Source: Myxococcota bacterium (GTDB lineage Bacteria; Myxococcota_A; UBA796; CAJQPC01). Taken from it: DNA of 64,000 nucleotides. A model generated the notes under the pieces. The model was not told where the DNA came from. It did no database searches and was given only the letters and a program-made list of their open reading frames with translations. How positions within the stretch are numbered: the first letter of the stretch is position 1; every line of letters starts with the position of its first letter. Made by a program: the position numbers and the translations under genes. Below, in pieces: positions 19,085 to 28,873 of this stretch. The DNA lies in NCBI GenBank assembly GCA_036229005.1, contig JAZAMN010000043.1:1-64000 (forward strand), given 5' to 3'.

Positions 19085-21427
19085 TCAGCCAGCCAGCGCC
19101 AGCGGCACGAAGGCCACCAGCACCAGCGCGATGCTCATGACGGTGAGCGGCAGCAGCAGGCGCTCGTGCTTGCGCCAGAAGGTGGTGGCGGGGACCTCTG
19201 CGGGGCCGGGGTCCTCGACCTCCTCCACGACCTGTCTGACCAGGAGGTGGTTCAGCGCGACCGGCGGGGTGAGGTACCCAAGCTCGAAGGCCACGAGCAC
19301 CACCATCCAGAAGTGCACCGGGTCGATGCCTGAGTTGTAGGCCACGTCCGCCAGGGTCGCCGAGACCAGGATCACCGCGCCGTAGGGGTCCATGGTCATG
19401 CCCACGACCACCAGTACGGCCACCAGCAGGCCCATCGCCGCCCAGGGGCTCGCGAAGCTCTCGGGGACCACGCTCATCAGCTCGGCGCGCTCCACCAGGC
19501 CACCCAGCGCCACGGACATCCCCATGAGCATGAGGAGGGCGCCGATGTGGACGGCGGCCTCGGCGGTCGCACCCTCGGTCTGGGTCAGCACCCGCGGGAT
19601 CTCTGCACCCTCCGGCAGCGGCGAGGACATCGGGTGCGCGCGCTTGCGCAGCCCGCGGTCCAGGGCCAGCATCGCCAGCAGGATCAGGGGCAGCACGATG
19701 GGGGCGCTGTGCTGGTCCAGACCGACCTCGAGCAGCAGCTTGTAGGCGCCCAGGATCACCGCGCCCAGCGCCAGCAGCAGGGCCAGGCCCTTGGCGGCGT
19801 CCAGGCTGCGGGCGCCGGCGTCGGGGGCCTTGTTCAGCTTCCAGTCGCCCTGCCGGGTGAAGAAGGTCACCACCGCGAACAGCCCGGCGGTCAGCAGGAA
19901 GACCCAGCGGCCCCAGCCAAAGAGCTCGGTGCTGGAGACCGGGTTCAGGTAGGCCACGATGACCACCAGCAGGCAGGGGGCCAGGACCACGCCCAGGCTG
20001 CCGGACATGGCGGCGCTGGCCATCGCCAGGCTCTTGCGGGAGCCAGCGGCCCGGAGCTCCTTGTAGAGGATGGCGCCCACCGCGATCACAAAGATTCCAG
20101 ACGCGCCCGAGTACGCCGTGGGCACCGCCGAGGCCACCACGACCACGATGGCCAGCAGCTCGGGGGCCATCCCCCAGGGCCGCAGGATGTCGAAGCTGCG
20201 GGTGGCGATGGAGCTGCGCTTGAGCAGCATGCCGGTCCACACGTACAGGCCCACCTGCAGGTAGAGCTGGGCGTGCTCGGTGAGCTTGTCCAGGTAGACC
20301 GCGATGCCCGAGTAGTACTGCTCGCCGATGAAGAACCAGGCGGCCGCCAGCAGGCCCATCCCCGCGTAGAGCGGCACCGTGAGCAGGGCCTGGGGCCAGG
20401 GGACCTCGGGGCCCTCCTTGGGCTTGGCCAGGTGGAAGATGTTGGCCGCGAGCATGCCCGCGAAGGTGCCCATCCAGAGCAGCGAGAGCTCGGGGTGCTC
20501 GGGCAGGATGCCGGACTCCACCCAGGCGTCCCGCTGGGCCATCAGCGAGCCCAGGACCAGGGTGTTGGCCAGGGCCTGCACGCCGGCGGAGACCTTGTCG
20601 CCGCGGGGGCCCTGGATGTTCCGCAGGGCGATGTGGTGGCGCGTCCAGCTCGCGGTCACGGCAGCCAGGCCCAGCAGCAGCACGAACAGGTGCTTGATGT
20701 GGCTGTTCACCCAGGTGATGAACTCGTCCAGGGCCATGTCGACCGCGGCGTAGCGCTTCACGGCGGGGGTGCGGCGGGCCAAGATGTCGTCGTAGCGCTC
20801 CTGCTCGCGCTCGAAGGCGGCCACCTGGCGCTCGTAGCGGGCCTGGGCGGGGTCGACCTTGGCGCTGGGCTCGCCGAGCAGGTCGCCGATGAGGTCGTTG
20901 TCGACGCCGTCTTCGGAGGAGGTGGATTCTGGGCCGGGCTCATCGGCGAGCAGGTCGCCGATGAGGTCGTCGTCCACACCGTCTGGGGAGCCGTCTGCTG
21001 CGGGCTCCTCTGCGATCGGCTCGTCGGCGAGGAGATCGCCGATGAGGTCGTCGTCGATCAGGCTGCCGTTGTCCTCGCTGGCGGCCGGATCCTCTGCGGG
21101 GTCGTCGGCCAGCAGATCCCCGATGAGGTCTGCATCGATGCCGTCGTCTGCCTCGGATCCCTCTCCCTCTCCCCCCAGAAGGTCCCCGATGAGGTCCTGA
21201 TCGACGTCCTCGTCCTGGGTCTCGGTGGGGGAGGGGGGCTCGGGGGCTTCCGGGCGGGTGGGCGCGCGGCGCAGCTCGGAGCCGTAGCCCGGCCAGAAGT
21301 GCTCGCCGGTCTGGATGACCTTGGACTGGAGCTGGGAGCCGTTCCACTGGACCAGGACGGCCAGAAGCACCGCCAGGATGGGCAGCGTGGAGGCGAAGCG
21401 ACGCAGCTTGGAGGGGGGGGCGCTCAC
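19085..21427 (-). CDS. TRAP transporter large permease (DctM-like) with acidic DLIGDLL repeat region
   Basis: TAYSGASG, SGSLGVVLAPC, GMTMDPYGA, GIDPVHFW, ELGYLTPPVALN; GTG start with GGAG RBS. Confidence 0.88.
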   Translation of the reverse strand: MSAPPSKLRRFASTLPILAVLLAVLVQWNGSQLQSKVIQTGEHFWPGYGSELRRAPTRPEAPEPPSPTETQDEDVDQDLIGDLLGGEGEGSEADDGIDADLIGDLLADDPAEDPAASEDNGSLIDDDLIGDLLADEPIAEEPAADGSPDGVDDDLIGDLLADEPGPESTSSEDGVDNDLIGDLLGEPSAKVDPAQARYERQVAAFEREQERYDDILARRTPAVKRYAAVDMALDEFITWVNSHIKHLFVLLLGLAAVTASWTRHHIALRNIQGPRGDKVSAGVQALANTLVLGSLMAQRDAWVESGILPEHPELSLLWMGTFAGMLAANIFHLAKPKEGPEVPWPQALLTVPLYAGMGLLAAAWFFIGEQYYSGIAVYLDKLTEHAQLYLQVGLYVWTGMLLKRSSIATRSFDILRPWGMAPELLAIVVVVASAVPTAYSGASGIFVIAVGAILYKELRAAGSRKSLAMASAAMSGSLGVVLAPCLLVVIVAYLNPVSSTELFGWGRWVFLLTAGLFAVVTFFTRQGDWKLNKAPDAGARSLDAAKGLALLLALGAVILGAYKLLLEVGLDQHSAPIVLPLILLAMLALDRGLRKRAHPMSSPLPEGAEIPRVLTQTEGATAEAAVHIGALLMLMGMSVALGGLVERAELMSVVPESFASPWAAMGLLVAVLVVVGMTMDPYGAVILVSATLADVAYNSGIDPVHFWMVVLVAFELGYLTPPVALNHLLVRQVVEEVEDPGPAEVPATTFWRKHERLLLPLTVMSIALVLVAFVPLALAG

Positions 21428-21540
21428 GGGGTCTCCCAGGGTGGCATCGCGGCAGGGTAGCAGGCGCGATGGGCGGGCACAGTGCTTGGCTGGCACGGTG
21501 CTTGCGAGGGTGTTCTCTGTCCCTTGTGGAGGAGACCCCG

Positions 21541-21870
21541 ATGAAGCGCCTTTCCCTGCTCGCTCTGCTGTCCCTGGCCGCCTGTGCCCCCTCCGAGGCG
21601 CAGATCGAGGCCCAGTGGGACGAGTTCCTGAGCGAGAACCAGAGCTGCGAGACCGTCGATGACTGCGTGATCGTCTACCCGGGCTGCCCCCTGGGCTGCG
21701 GGAGCGCGGTGTCGGTGGGGGCCGAGGAGGAGGCTCGGGAGCTCGCGGACTCGTTGGTCAACCGATACTCCCGGCTGCATGGGGAGTGCATGTACGACTG
21801 CATGGGGGTCGAAGCCGAGTGCAACGCGGGCGCTTGTGAGGCGGTCCCCGCGGACACGGGAATGGACTGA
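21541..21870 (+). CDS. Small Cys-rich lipoprotein
   Basis: MKRLSLLALLSLAAC; 8 further Cys; GGAGGAG RBS. Confidence 0.85.
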   Translation: MKRLSLLALLSLAACAPSEAQIEAQWDEFLSENQSCETVDDCVIVYPGCPLGCGSAVSVGAEEEARELADSLVNRYSRLHGECMYDCMGVEAECNAGACEAVPADTGMD

Positions 21871-21965
21871 GATCGCGACACCCAAGTCGCGGTTGCTGGC
21901 CCAGAGGGGGGGCTCTTGAATAGAGGGGGTGGACCGCGCGTTCTGCGCTTTGAGGAGACCCACCC

Positions 21966-22961
21966 ATGACCCTGATGCTCTCGCTGATCGCCTGTGGAAA
22001 CGGCTACCTGACCCCCGACGAGGTGCGTGAGCACCTGGACAACCCCACCGGCGCGGTGGAGGCGGGGACGCTGGGCAACGTCGCGGACGACTACTTCGAC
22101 GCGCAGATGGGCATGAACGCCCAGGACCTGGCCTTCTTCGTGAAGTCCGACCAGGGCGGCGGGAGCCGGGGGCGCGCTGAGCGCATGGCCGGGCTGCTGC
22201 GGAACTCGCCGCTGAACCAGACCCTGCCCAAGGCGACGGCTGGCGACATCTTCTGCGCGACGACCCTGGTGGCGCAGATCGCGACCTTCGACACCTGCGA
22301 GGACGAGGGGGACTGCGAGGCTGACCTGAGCATCGACGCCTGCGTGCTGCGCATGGGCGAGGGCGGGGACGAGAACGCCTCGGGCAAGCTGCACTTCTAC
22401 GTGTCGGAGCAGAGCAACGAGGAGCTGGACCGCGGCACCTTGGAGATCGAGTTCGACAAGTGGGAGTACACCGTCCAGTCGCCGAGCATCATCGACCACA
22501 CCGACGGGCTGCTGGCCTTCGAGTACAGCGACTACAAGACCGAGGGCCGCGCCGAGACCATCCTGAGCGTGGACCTGCTGCACAAGCAGTTCGACCAGGA
22601 CGCCGGCTTCTTCCGCAGCGGGGACCTGTTCGAGCACCGCAGCACCGCCGCGCTGCGCGCTGGCTTCGAGGAGACCGAGGACGGCGAGAAGGCCACCCTG
22701 GAGATCCTGGCCTTCACCGACGAGGACCGCACCGAGTCGCTGAACCTGCAGTTCGACTACGAGGCCACCTGGGTCTCCGACACCCACTCCACCTTCGAGG
22801 CGTCCATGACCGTCCTGGGCTCCAACGGCAGCTTCGTCTGCACCTGGTCCAGCGACGTGACCGAGGGCGCGGAGACCTTCTCCTACAGCTCCAACGGGAC
22901 CTGCGTGGATCAGGACGGGGAGAGCTTTGACTGGACGGGTGATCTGGTGGTGGAGGGCTGA
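21966..22961 (+). CDS. Hypothetical acidic, beta-rich lipoprotein
   Basis: MTLMLSLIAC; GAGGAG RBS; strong GC3 codon bias. Confidence 0.85.
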   Translation: MTLMLSLIACGNGYLTPDEVREHLDNPTGAVEAGTLGNVADDYFDAQMGMNAQDLAFFVKSDQGGGSRGRAERMAGLLRNSPLNQTLPKATAGDIFCATTLVAQIATFDTCEDEGDCEADLSIDACVLRMGEGGDENASGKLHFYVSEQSNEELDRGTLEIEFDKWEYTVQSPSIIDHTDGLLAFEYSDYKTEGRAETILSVDLLHKQFDQDAGFFRSGDLFEHRSTAALRAGFEETEDGEKATLEILAFTDEDRTESLNLQFDYEATWVSDTHSTFEASMTVLGSNGSFVCTWSSDVTEGAETFSYSSNGTCVDQDGESFDWTGDLVVEG

Positions 22962-22990
22962 GGCCCGCGGGGGAAACGGATCGCCCCGGG

Positions 22991-23186
22991 GGTATCAGGT
23001 ATCGGAGCTCAGGTGTCAGGGATGACGTCCTGACTGCTCCCGACGTCGGAGCTGGGCGCCGCGCTCGTAGGCTGCCAAGGCGCCCGACCCCGGCACTACC
23101 GCCATCGCCGGTAGCCGGTCGCCGGTCTCCGGTCCCCGTCCCCGAGACCTGATACCCGATACCTGAGACCTGACCCCCCGATACCC
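22991..23186. repeat. Inverted heptamer tandem-repeat element
   Basis: Left GGTATCA GGTATCG GAGCTCA GGTGTCA; right CCGGTAG CCGGTCG CCGGTCT CCGGTCC then CCGAGAC CTGATAC CCGATAC CTGAGAC CTGACCC. Confidence 0.75.
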
Positions 23187-23198
23187 CTCGGAGCCCCC

Positions 23199-23990
23199 AT
23201 GGATCGCGTCACCCTCAGCATCGACTCCGGCATCGCCGAGGTCGCCCTCAACCGGCCCGACAAGCGCAACGCCCTGGACATGGAGATGTTCCGGGCGCTC
23301 GACTCCGTGAGCCAGTCCCTGGCCGACCGCAAGGACGTGCGCGCGGTCATCCTGCGCGGTGAGGGCCCCAGCTTCTGCGCGGGCCTGGACGTCATGGCCG
23401 TCATGGGTGGCGGCCCCAAGAACATCGCCGAGCTGATCGACGAGCGGCAGGGCCCCGCCAACCTGGTCCAGCGCGTGGCCTGGAACTGGCGGCAGCTCCC
23501 CATGCCCGTCATCGCCGCGCTGCACGGCCACGTCTACGGGGGCGGCCTGCAGATCGCCCTGGGCGCCGACATCCGCATTGCCCACCCCGACGCCAAGCTG
23601 GCCGTCATGGAGATCGTCTGGGGCATCATCCCCGACATGGGCATCACCGCCACCTGGCTGCCCTGGGCTCGCCGGGACGTGATCAAGGAGCTGACCTACA
23701 CCGGCCGCGTGCTCAATGGCCCCGAGGCGCTGGAGGTCGGGCTGGTCACCAGCGTGAACCCCGAGCCCCTGGAGGCCGCCCGCCACCTGGCCCAGAGCAT
23801 CGCCGGGCGGAACCCCCACGCCATCCGGGCCGCCAAGCAGCTCCTGGACCGCGCCGCGGACATGGACGTGCACGAGGCCTTCGAGCTGGAGACCGAGCTG
23901 CAGCGCCCGCTGCTGGGCTCGCCCAACCAGATGGAGGCCTCCATGGCGCGTGTGCAGCGCCGTCCCGCGAAGTTCAAGGACCCGGAGTAG
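23199..23990 (+). CDS. Enoyl-CoA hydratase/isomerase (crotonase) family protein
   Basis: LNRPDKRNAL, SFCAGLD, GGGLQIALGADIRIA, EIVWGIIPDMG. Confidence 0.93.
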   Translation: MDRVTLSIDSGIAEVALNRPDKRNALDMEMFRALDSVSQSLADRKDVRAVILRGEGPSFCAGLDVMAVMGGGPKNIAELIDERQGPANLVQRVAWNWRQLPMPVIAALHGHVYGGGLQIALGADIRIAHPDAKLAVMEIVWGIIPDMGITATWLPWARRDVIKELTYTGRVLNGPEALEVGLVTSVNPEPLEAARHLAQSIAGRNPHAIRAAKQLLDRAADMDVHEAFELETELQRPLLGSPNQMEASMARVQRRPAKFKDPE

Positions 23991-24023
23991 GGCCGCCGCC
24001 TCCGGGGACGTTAGGGCCAGCAG

Positions 24024-26786
24024 ATGCTGGATCTGGACACCACCCTCGACAACGGCCTCCGCGTACTGCTGAGCGTTGACCGCGAGCAACCCCGCATCGC
24101 CGCCCGCGTGATGGTGGGCACAGGCGCGGCGCAGGACCCCGCCGGGTTCCAGGGGGCCGCGCACGCCCTCGAGCACCTGATGGCCAACAAGGGCACCCAG
24201 CGCCTGGGCACCCGCGACTGGGCCGCCGAGTCCCCCCTGCGCCTGCGCGAGGCCGAGCTGCTGCGCCAGCGCCGTCACCCCCAGGACAACCCCGCGCTGG
24301 AGACCGCCCTGCGGGAGCTGGAGGCCCAGGCCGACCGCTTCGTGCTGCCCGGGGCCCTCAAGGCGGCGGTGTCCGCGCTGGGCGGCAAGGGCCTGAACGC
24401 CAACACCTCCATGGACCGCACGGTCTACCTGGTGGACCTGCCGGCCAACCGCCTGAGCCAGTGGGCCGAGCTCGAGGCCGAGCGCTTCACCAACCCGGTC
24501 TTCCGCGGCTTCCGCACCGAGCTGTCCACCATCGTCCGCGAGAAGCTGCGCTCCCTGGACAGCCCCGGCCGGGCCCTCTACCAGGCCGCCATGGGCGCGC
24601 TGTTCGCCGGCCACCCCTACGCCGGCACCGTCCTTGGGGAGCTCGACCAGCTCCGGGCCCCCGACTTTGGCCTGCTCGTGGACACCCACCGCGCCTGGTA
24701 CCGCGCCTCCAACATGGCCGTGGTGCTGGCCGGCGATCTGGACGTCGACCAGACCCTGAGCATCCTCCAGGACACCCTGGGGCGCCTCCCCGGAGGCCCC
24801 CGCCCCGAGCGCCCCTTCCGCGAGCCGCCCCCCCTGAGCGCCACACAGCGCATCGAGCTCGTGCACCAGGCAGACCCCGAGCTGTGGCTGGCCTGGCGCC
24901 TCCCCCGCGGTGACCACCCCGAGCTCGAGGCCCTCATCCTGGCCGACGTGCTGCTCTCCAACGGCGCGACCGGCTCCATCGACCGCGCGCTGGTCCACCC
25001 CCAGCGCGTCCAGGACGCCGGCACCTCCCTGAGCTCCATGCGCGAGGCCGGCACCTGGATCCTCTGGGGCAACCCGCGCCCCGGCCAGAGCCACCAGGAG
25101 GTGCAGGACCTGCTCATGGACCAGCTCCAGAGCCTGCGCCAGAGCCCACCCAGCGCGGCCCAGCTCGCCGAGGTCCTCCAGGCCTTCCAGATCGGCTACG
25201 AGGTCGGGCTGGAGCGCAACGAGCGTCGCGCGGACATGCTCGTCCATGCCCTGGCCCGGGACCTGGAGCCCCAGCACGTGTTGGGGCGGAGGGAGCGGTT
25301 GGCCAAGGTGCCTGTGGACGCGATCCTCACCGCTCTGGACACCTGGACCCAGCAGGATCCCGTCACCGTGTGGCGCCTGCGAGGTGACCCGGAGCATCCC
25401 CCCGCCCAGGACGCCGAGCAGGAGTCGCGCAGCCTGGACAACCCCAACGAGCACGGCGCCTTCGTCCAGTCGCTCCTCGCGCGCGGGGTCGAGCCCCTGC
25501 CGGTGCAGTGCCTGCGGTCGGGTGTGGATTGGGTGGTCCACGATCTGCCCGCTGGACGGATCTTCTCCGCACCGAACCCCTACAACCACGTCGCACAAGT
25601 GGTCCTCCGGGTGGAGCGAGGTCATCGGCACGACGGCGTCCTGGAGCAGGCCGCCCGGGCCTGGGGGCGCTCGGGGATCGGGGCGCTGGACCTGGAGGCC
25701 GTCAACGGCGCGCTCTTCGCCAAGGGCCTCTCGATGAGCCTGGGCTGCCGGGCCTGGGCCACCGAGCTGTCCGTGCACGGCCCCGAAGAGCACCTGGCCT
25801 GGGGGCTGGAGCTCGCGCTGGAGCGCCTGCGCGCGCCGGTGTTGGACGCCGAGGACGTCAAGCGCACCCTGGCCGACGTGGTGGAGCGCCGCCGTGAAGC
25901 CAAGAACAGCCAGGGCGTGCGCAACTGGGTGCTGAACGTGGTGGGGCGGCATGGGCCTGACAGCGCGCACCTGGAGCGCCTGCCCGACGCGCAGATGCTG
26001 GCGCTGGAGCCCAAGGATCTGGCCCCGCGCCTTGCGGCCCTGACCGACCTGGAGCGCACGGTGTTCCTGACCAGTCAGGGGCTGGAGCCTGCGGCGCTTG
26101 GGCTCCCGGCCGGCACGGTGTCGGGCACGCCGCGTCCCCTCCGGGAGTTCGTCGAGCCCGCGGCCGACCGGGTGCTCGTGATGCCCTACGCGGGCGCGCA
26201 GACCCAGCTCCAGCTCCTGGTCCCGGGGGAGGCCTATGACCCCCAGCGGGTGCCGCTCTACCGTGTGCTGGATCAGCTCCTGGGCGGTTCGAACGGGCTG
26301 GTGTTCCGCGAGATCCGCGAGAAGCGGGGGCTGGCCTACGCGGCTGGCGCGAACATCGATCGGGGCGGGCTCCCTGGGGACCAGACGGCTCTGGGCCTGA
26401 GCGCACAGGTCCGCACCGACCAGGCCGCCCTGGCCGCCGAGCTCATGTGGAGCATCCTGCGCGGCGAGGTGCTTGAGAGCGCGCGCGTGGCGCAGGCCAA
26501 GGCGGTCGTGGCGGCGTCCCTGCGGGCGGAGCGCAGCGGCTTCCGGGCGGTGGCCAAGTCGGCCTGGAGCTGGGAGCGGCGCGGGCTGGCGGGCGATCCC
26601 CGGCCGGGCTGGGTGGACGCGGTCGGGGCCATCGAGGTCGCGGATCTGGAGCCTCTGTGGGCGGGACTGCGGGGTCGACCGGCGACGCTCATGGTGCTCG
26701 GGGACCCGGAGAAGCTGCCCATGGACCAGCTCGCGGGCTTGGGCGCGCTGGAGGTCCTGGCGCTGGACGATCTGCTTCCGTACTGA
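24024..26786 (+). CDS. M16 (insulinase-like) zinc peptidase, four-domain
   Basis: GAAHALEHL (HxxEH), NANTS, HPY, FREIREKRGLAY. Confidence 0.9.
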   Translation: MLDLDTTLDNGLRVLLSVDREQPRIAARVMVGTGAAQDPAGFQGAAHALEHLMANKGTQRLGTRDWAAESPLRLREAELLRQRRHPQDNPALETALRELEAQADRFVLPGALKAAVSALGGKGLNANTSMDRTVYLVDLPANRLSQWAELEAERFTNPVFRGFRTELSTIVREKLRSLDSPGRALYQAAMGALFAGHPYAGTVLGELDQLRAPDFGLLVDTHRAWYRASNMAVVLAGDLDVDQTLSILQDTLGRLPGGPRPERPFREPPPLSATQRIELVHQADPELWLAWRLPRGDHPELEALILADVLLSNGATGSIDRALVHPQRVQDAGTSLSSMREAGTWILWGNPRPGQSHQEVQDLLMDQLQSLRQSPPSAAQLAEVLQAFQIGYEVGLERNERRADMLVHALARDLEPQHVLGRRERLAKVPVDAILTALDTWTQQDPVTVWRLRGDPEHPPAQDAEQESRSLDNPNEHGAFVQSLLARGVEPLPVQCLRSGVDWVVHDLPAGRIFSAPNPYNHVAQVVLRVERGHRHDGVLEQAARAWGRSGIGALDLEAVNGALFAKGLSMSLGCRAWATELSVHGPEEHLAWGLELALERLRAPVLDAEDVKRTLADVVERRREAKNSQGVRNWVLNVVGRHGPDSAHLERLPDAQMLALEPKDLAPRLAALTDLERTVFLTSQGLEPAALGLPAGTVSGTPRPLREFVEPAADRVLVMPYAGAQTQLQLLVPGEAYDPQRVPLYRVLDQLLGGSNGLVFREIREKRGLAYAAGANIDRGGLPGDQTALGLSAQVRTDQAALAAELMWSILRGEVLESARVAQAKAVVAASLRAERSGFRAVAKSAWSWERRGLAGDPRPGWVDAVGAIEVADLEPLWAGLRGRPATLMVLGDPEKLPMDQLAGLGALEVLALDDLLPY

Positions 26787-26832
26787 GTTTTCCCGGGTGC
26801 CCGGCTGGGGCCGCTGGGGTATGTTTCAGCGC

Positions 26833-28173
26833 ATGAAACATCCTCCCTCTCACGCTCTGAGTCGTTGGCTGCGCCAGGTGGGCGCCTTCCAGGTCCTGGA
26901 TGGGCTGGGCGACGCGCTGGATGACACGGCGGTGTTCATCGTGGATGCGGACCAGGAGGTCCTGTTCTGGAGCTCCGGTGCGGAGCGGCTGCTGGGGTGG
27001 ACGCCGGACCAGGTCATCGGCCAGCACTGTCTCAAGGCGAACCGCTGCCAGCAGTGCGTCCGGACCTGCGGGGTGCGGGAATACAGCCGGGTGAACGACA
27101 TGCCTCTGACCCTGTACCGGGAGGACGGGGCGCCGGTGCGGGTGCGCAAGTCGGCGCGGGCCTTCCAGGGTGCGGACGGGGCCTTCCTGGGCGCGATCGA
27201 GGTGCTGCAGCCGGACCGCAGCCTGGCGCCTTCGGAGACCCCCGCGCTGTCGGACCCGGGCGAGGACTTCCACGGGCTGCGCTCGGCGGACCCCGCGATG
27301 CGCCAGGTGTTTCAGGTGGTCCGAAACGTGGCGGAGACAGACGCCACCATCCTGGTCCGCGGGGAGTCGGGCACGGGCAAGGAGCTGATCGCCCAGGCCA
27401 TCCACCAGGAGTCCAACCGCCAGGACCGGCCCTTCTTCTCGGTCAACTGCGCCGCCCTGGGGGGCAATCTGTTGGAGTCGGAGCTCTTTGGCTACGTCGA
27501 GGGCGCGTTCCCTGGCGCCAAGCGCCCGCGGGAGGGGCTGCTCAAGCGCGCGGACGGCGGCGTTCTCTTCCTGGACGAGGTGGCTGAGCTGCCGCTGGAG
27601 CTCCAGGCCAAGCTCCTGGACCTGATCGAACAGCGTCGCTACGTGCCGCTGGGCGGGAGCGATCCGGTCGAGGTCGACCTGCGCATCATCGCGGCGACGC
27701 ACACCTCGCTGCGGCAGGCCGTTCGGGCGGGGCGTTTCCGCGAGGACCTGATGTACCGCCTGCGCGTGGTGCCTCTGTTCCTGCCGCCGCTGCGGGACCG
27801 CCGCGCGGACATCGAGCTGCTGCTGTGGGAGTTCATCTCCCGGCACAACGAGCGCGGGCCCCGCCGCATCGTCGAGGTGCAGCCCGAGGCCATGCGGGCG
27901 TTGCTGGACCACCACTGGCCGGGCAACGTGCGCGAGCTGCAGAACGTTGTGCAGTACGCGTTCGCGGTGGGGCGAGGTCCCCAGCTACGCCTTGCCGAGC
28001 TGCCGCCAGAGTTCCGCGAAGAGGAGGGCGGCTCCACCGCGCCCCCGCTGGACGAGGGCGCCCGCATCCGCTGGGCCTTGGCGCAGAGCAACGGGCACGT
28101 GGGAAAAGCCGCCGATCTCCTCAACATGAGCCGGCCGACCTTTTGGAGGCGGCGGAAGAAGCTCGGGATCTGA
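26833..28173 (+). CDS. PAS + AAA+ (sigma-54 activator family) + Fis HTH regulator
   Basis: GESGTGKE, ESELFG, GAFPGA, FLDEV, FREDLMYRL, WPGNVREL, C-terminal HTH; alternative start 26821. Confidence 0.92.
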   Translation: MKHPPSHALSRWLRQVGAFQVLDGLGDALDDTAVFIVDADQEVLFWSSGAERLLGWTPDQVIGQHCLKANRCQQCVRTCGVREYSRVNDMPLTLYREDGAPVRVRKSARAFQGADGAFLGAIEVLQPDRSLAPSETPALSDPGEDFHGLRSADPAMRQVFQVVRNVAETDATILVRGESGTGKELIAQAIHQESNRQDRPFFSVNCAALGGNLLESELFGYVEGAFPGAKRPREGLLKRADGGVLFLDEVAELPLELQAKLLDLIEQRRYVPLGGSDPVEVDLRIIAATHTSLRQAVRAGRFREDLMYRLRVVPLFLPPLRDRRADIELLLWEFISRHNERGPRRIVEVQPEAMRALLDHHWPGNVRELQNVVQYAFAVGRGPQLRLAELPPEFREEEGGSTAPPLDEGARIRWALAQSNGHVGKAADLLNMSRPTFWRRRKKLGI

Positions 28174-28827
28174 TTTCGGGCTCGCTCGCATTCTCCGGCT
28201 TTGCCGGAGGCGAGCCCGAAATCAGATCATCTCTTCTCCGGGGGGGAACCCCCCGGAATGCCCTTCGGGCACCCCCCGATTCATAGTCCAGGATCTTGGT
28301 CGGAAGGGGCTCGCTCGCTTGTCTCCGCTCTGCGGAGGCGAGCCCCCGATCTGATTTCGGGCTCGCTCGCATTCTCCGGCTTTGCCGGAGGCGAGCCCCC
28401 GATCTGATCTCGGGCTCGCTCGCATTCTCCGGCTTTGCCGGAGGCGAGCCCGAAATCAGATCATCTTCTCTCCGGGGGGAAACCCCCCGGAATGCCCGTC
28501 GGGCACCCCCCGCTTCGTAGTCCAGGATCTTGGTCGGAAGGGGCTCGCTCGCTTGTCTCCGCTTTGCGGAGGCGAGCCCCCCAATCAGATCATCTTCTCT
28601 CCGGGGGGGGAACCCCCCGGAATGCCCTTCGGGCACCCCCCGATCTGATTTCGGGCTCGCTCGCATTCTCCGGGCTTGCCGGAGGCGAGCCCTCCAATCA
28701 GATCATCTCTTCTCCGGGGGGAACCCCCCGGAATGCCCTTCGGGCACCCCCCGCTTCGTAGTCCAGGATCTTGGCCGGAGGGGCTCGCTCGCATTCTCCG
28801 GCTTTGCCGGGGGCGCCTCCGAGATCT
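28167..28827. repeat. Mosaic array of two hairpin modules (BIME/REPIN-like)
   Basis: 7 copies of GGGCTCGC..CTCCG..CGGAG-GCGAGCCC and 4 copies of CCG(6-8)AACCCCCCGG-AATGCCCTTCGGGCA-CCCCCCG. Confidence 0.92.
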
Positions 28828-28873
28828 GCTCGCTACCTCCCCCGTGGGGGGCTCGGAGGCCTATGATGCAGGG

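Noticed and set aside
28167..28827. Hairpin mosaic as CRISPR, or the ORFs across it as genes
   Set aside because: Linkers are reused rather than unique spacers; ORFs appear in several frames and simply translate the repeats.
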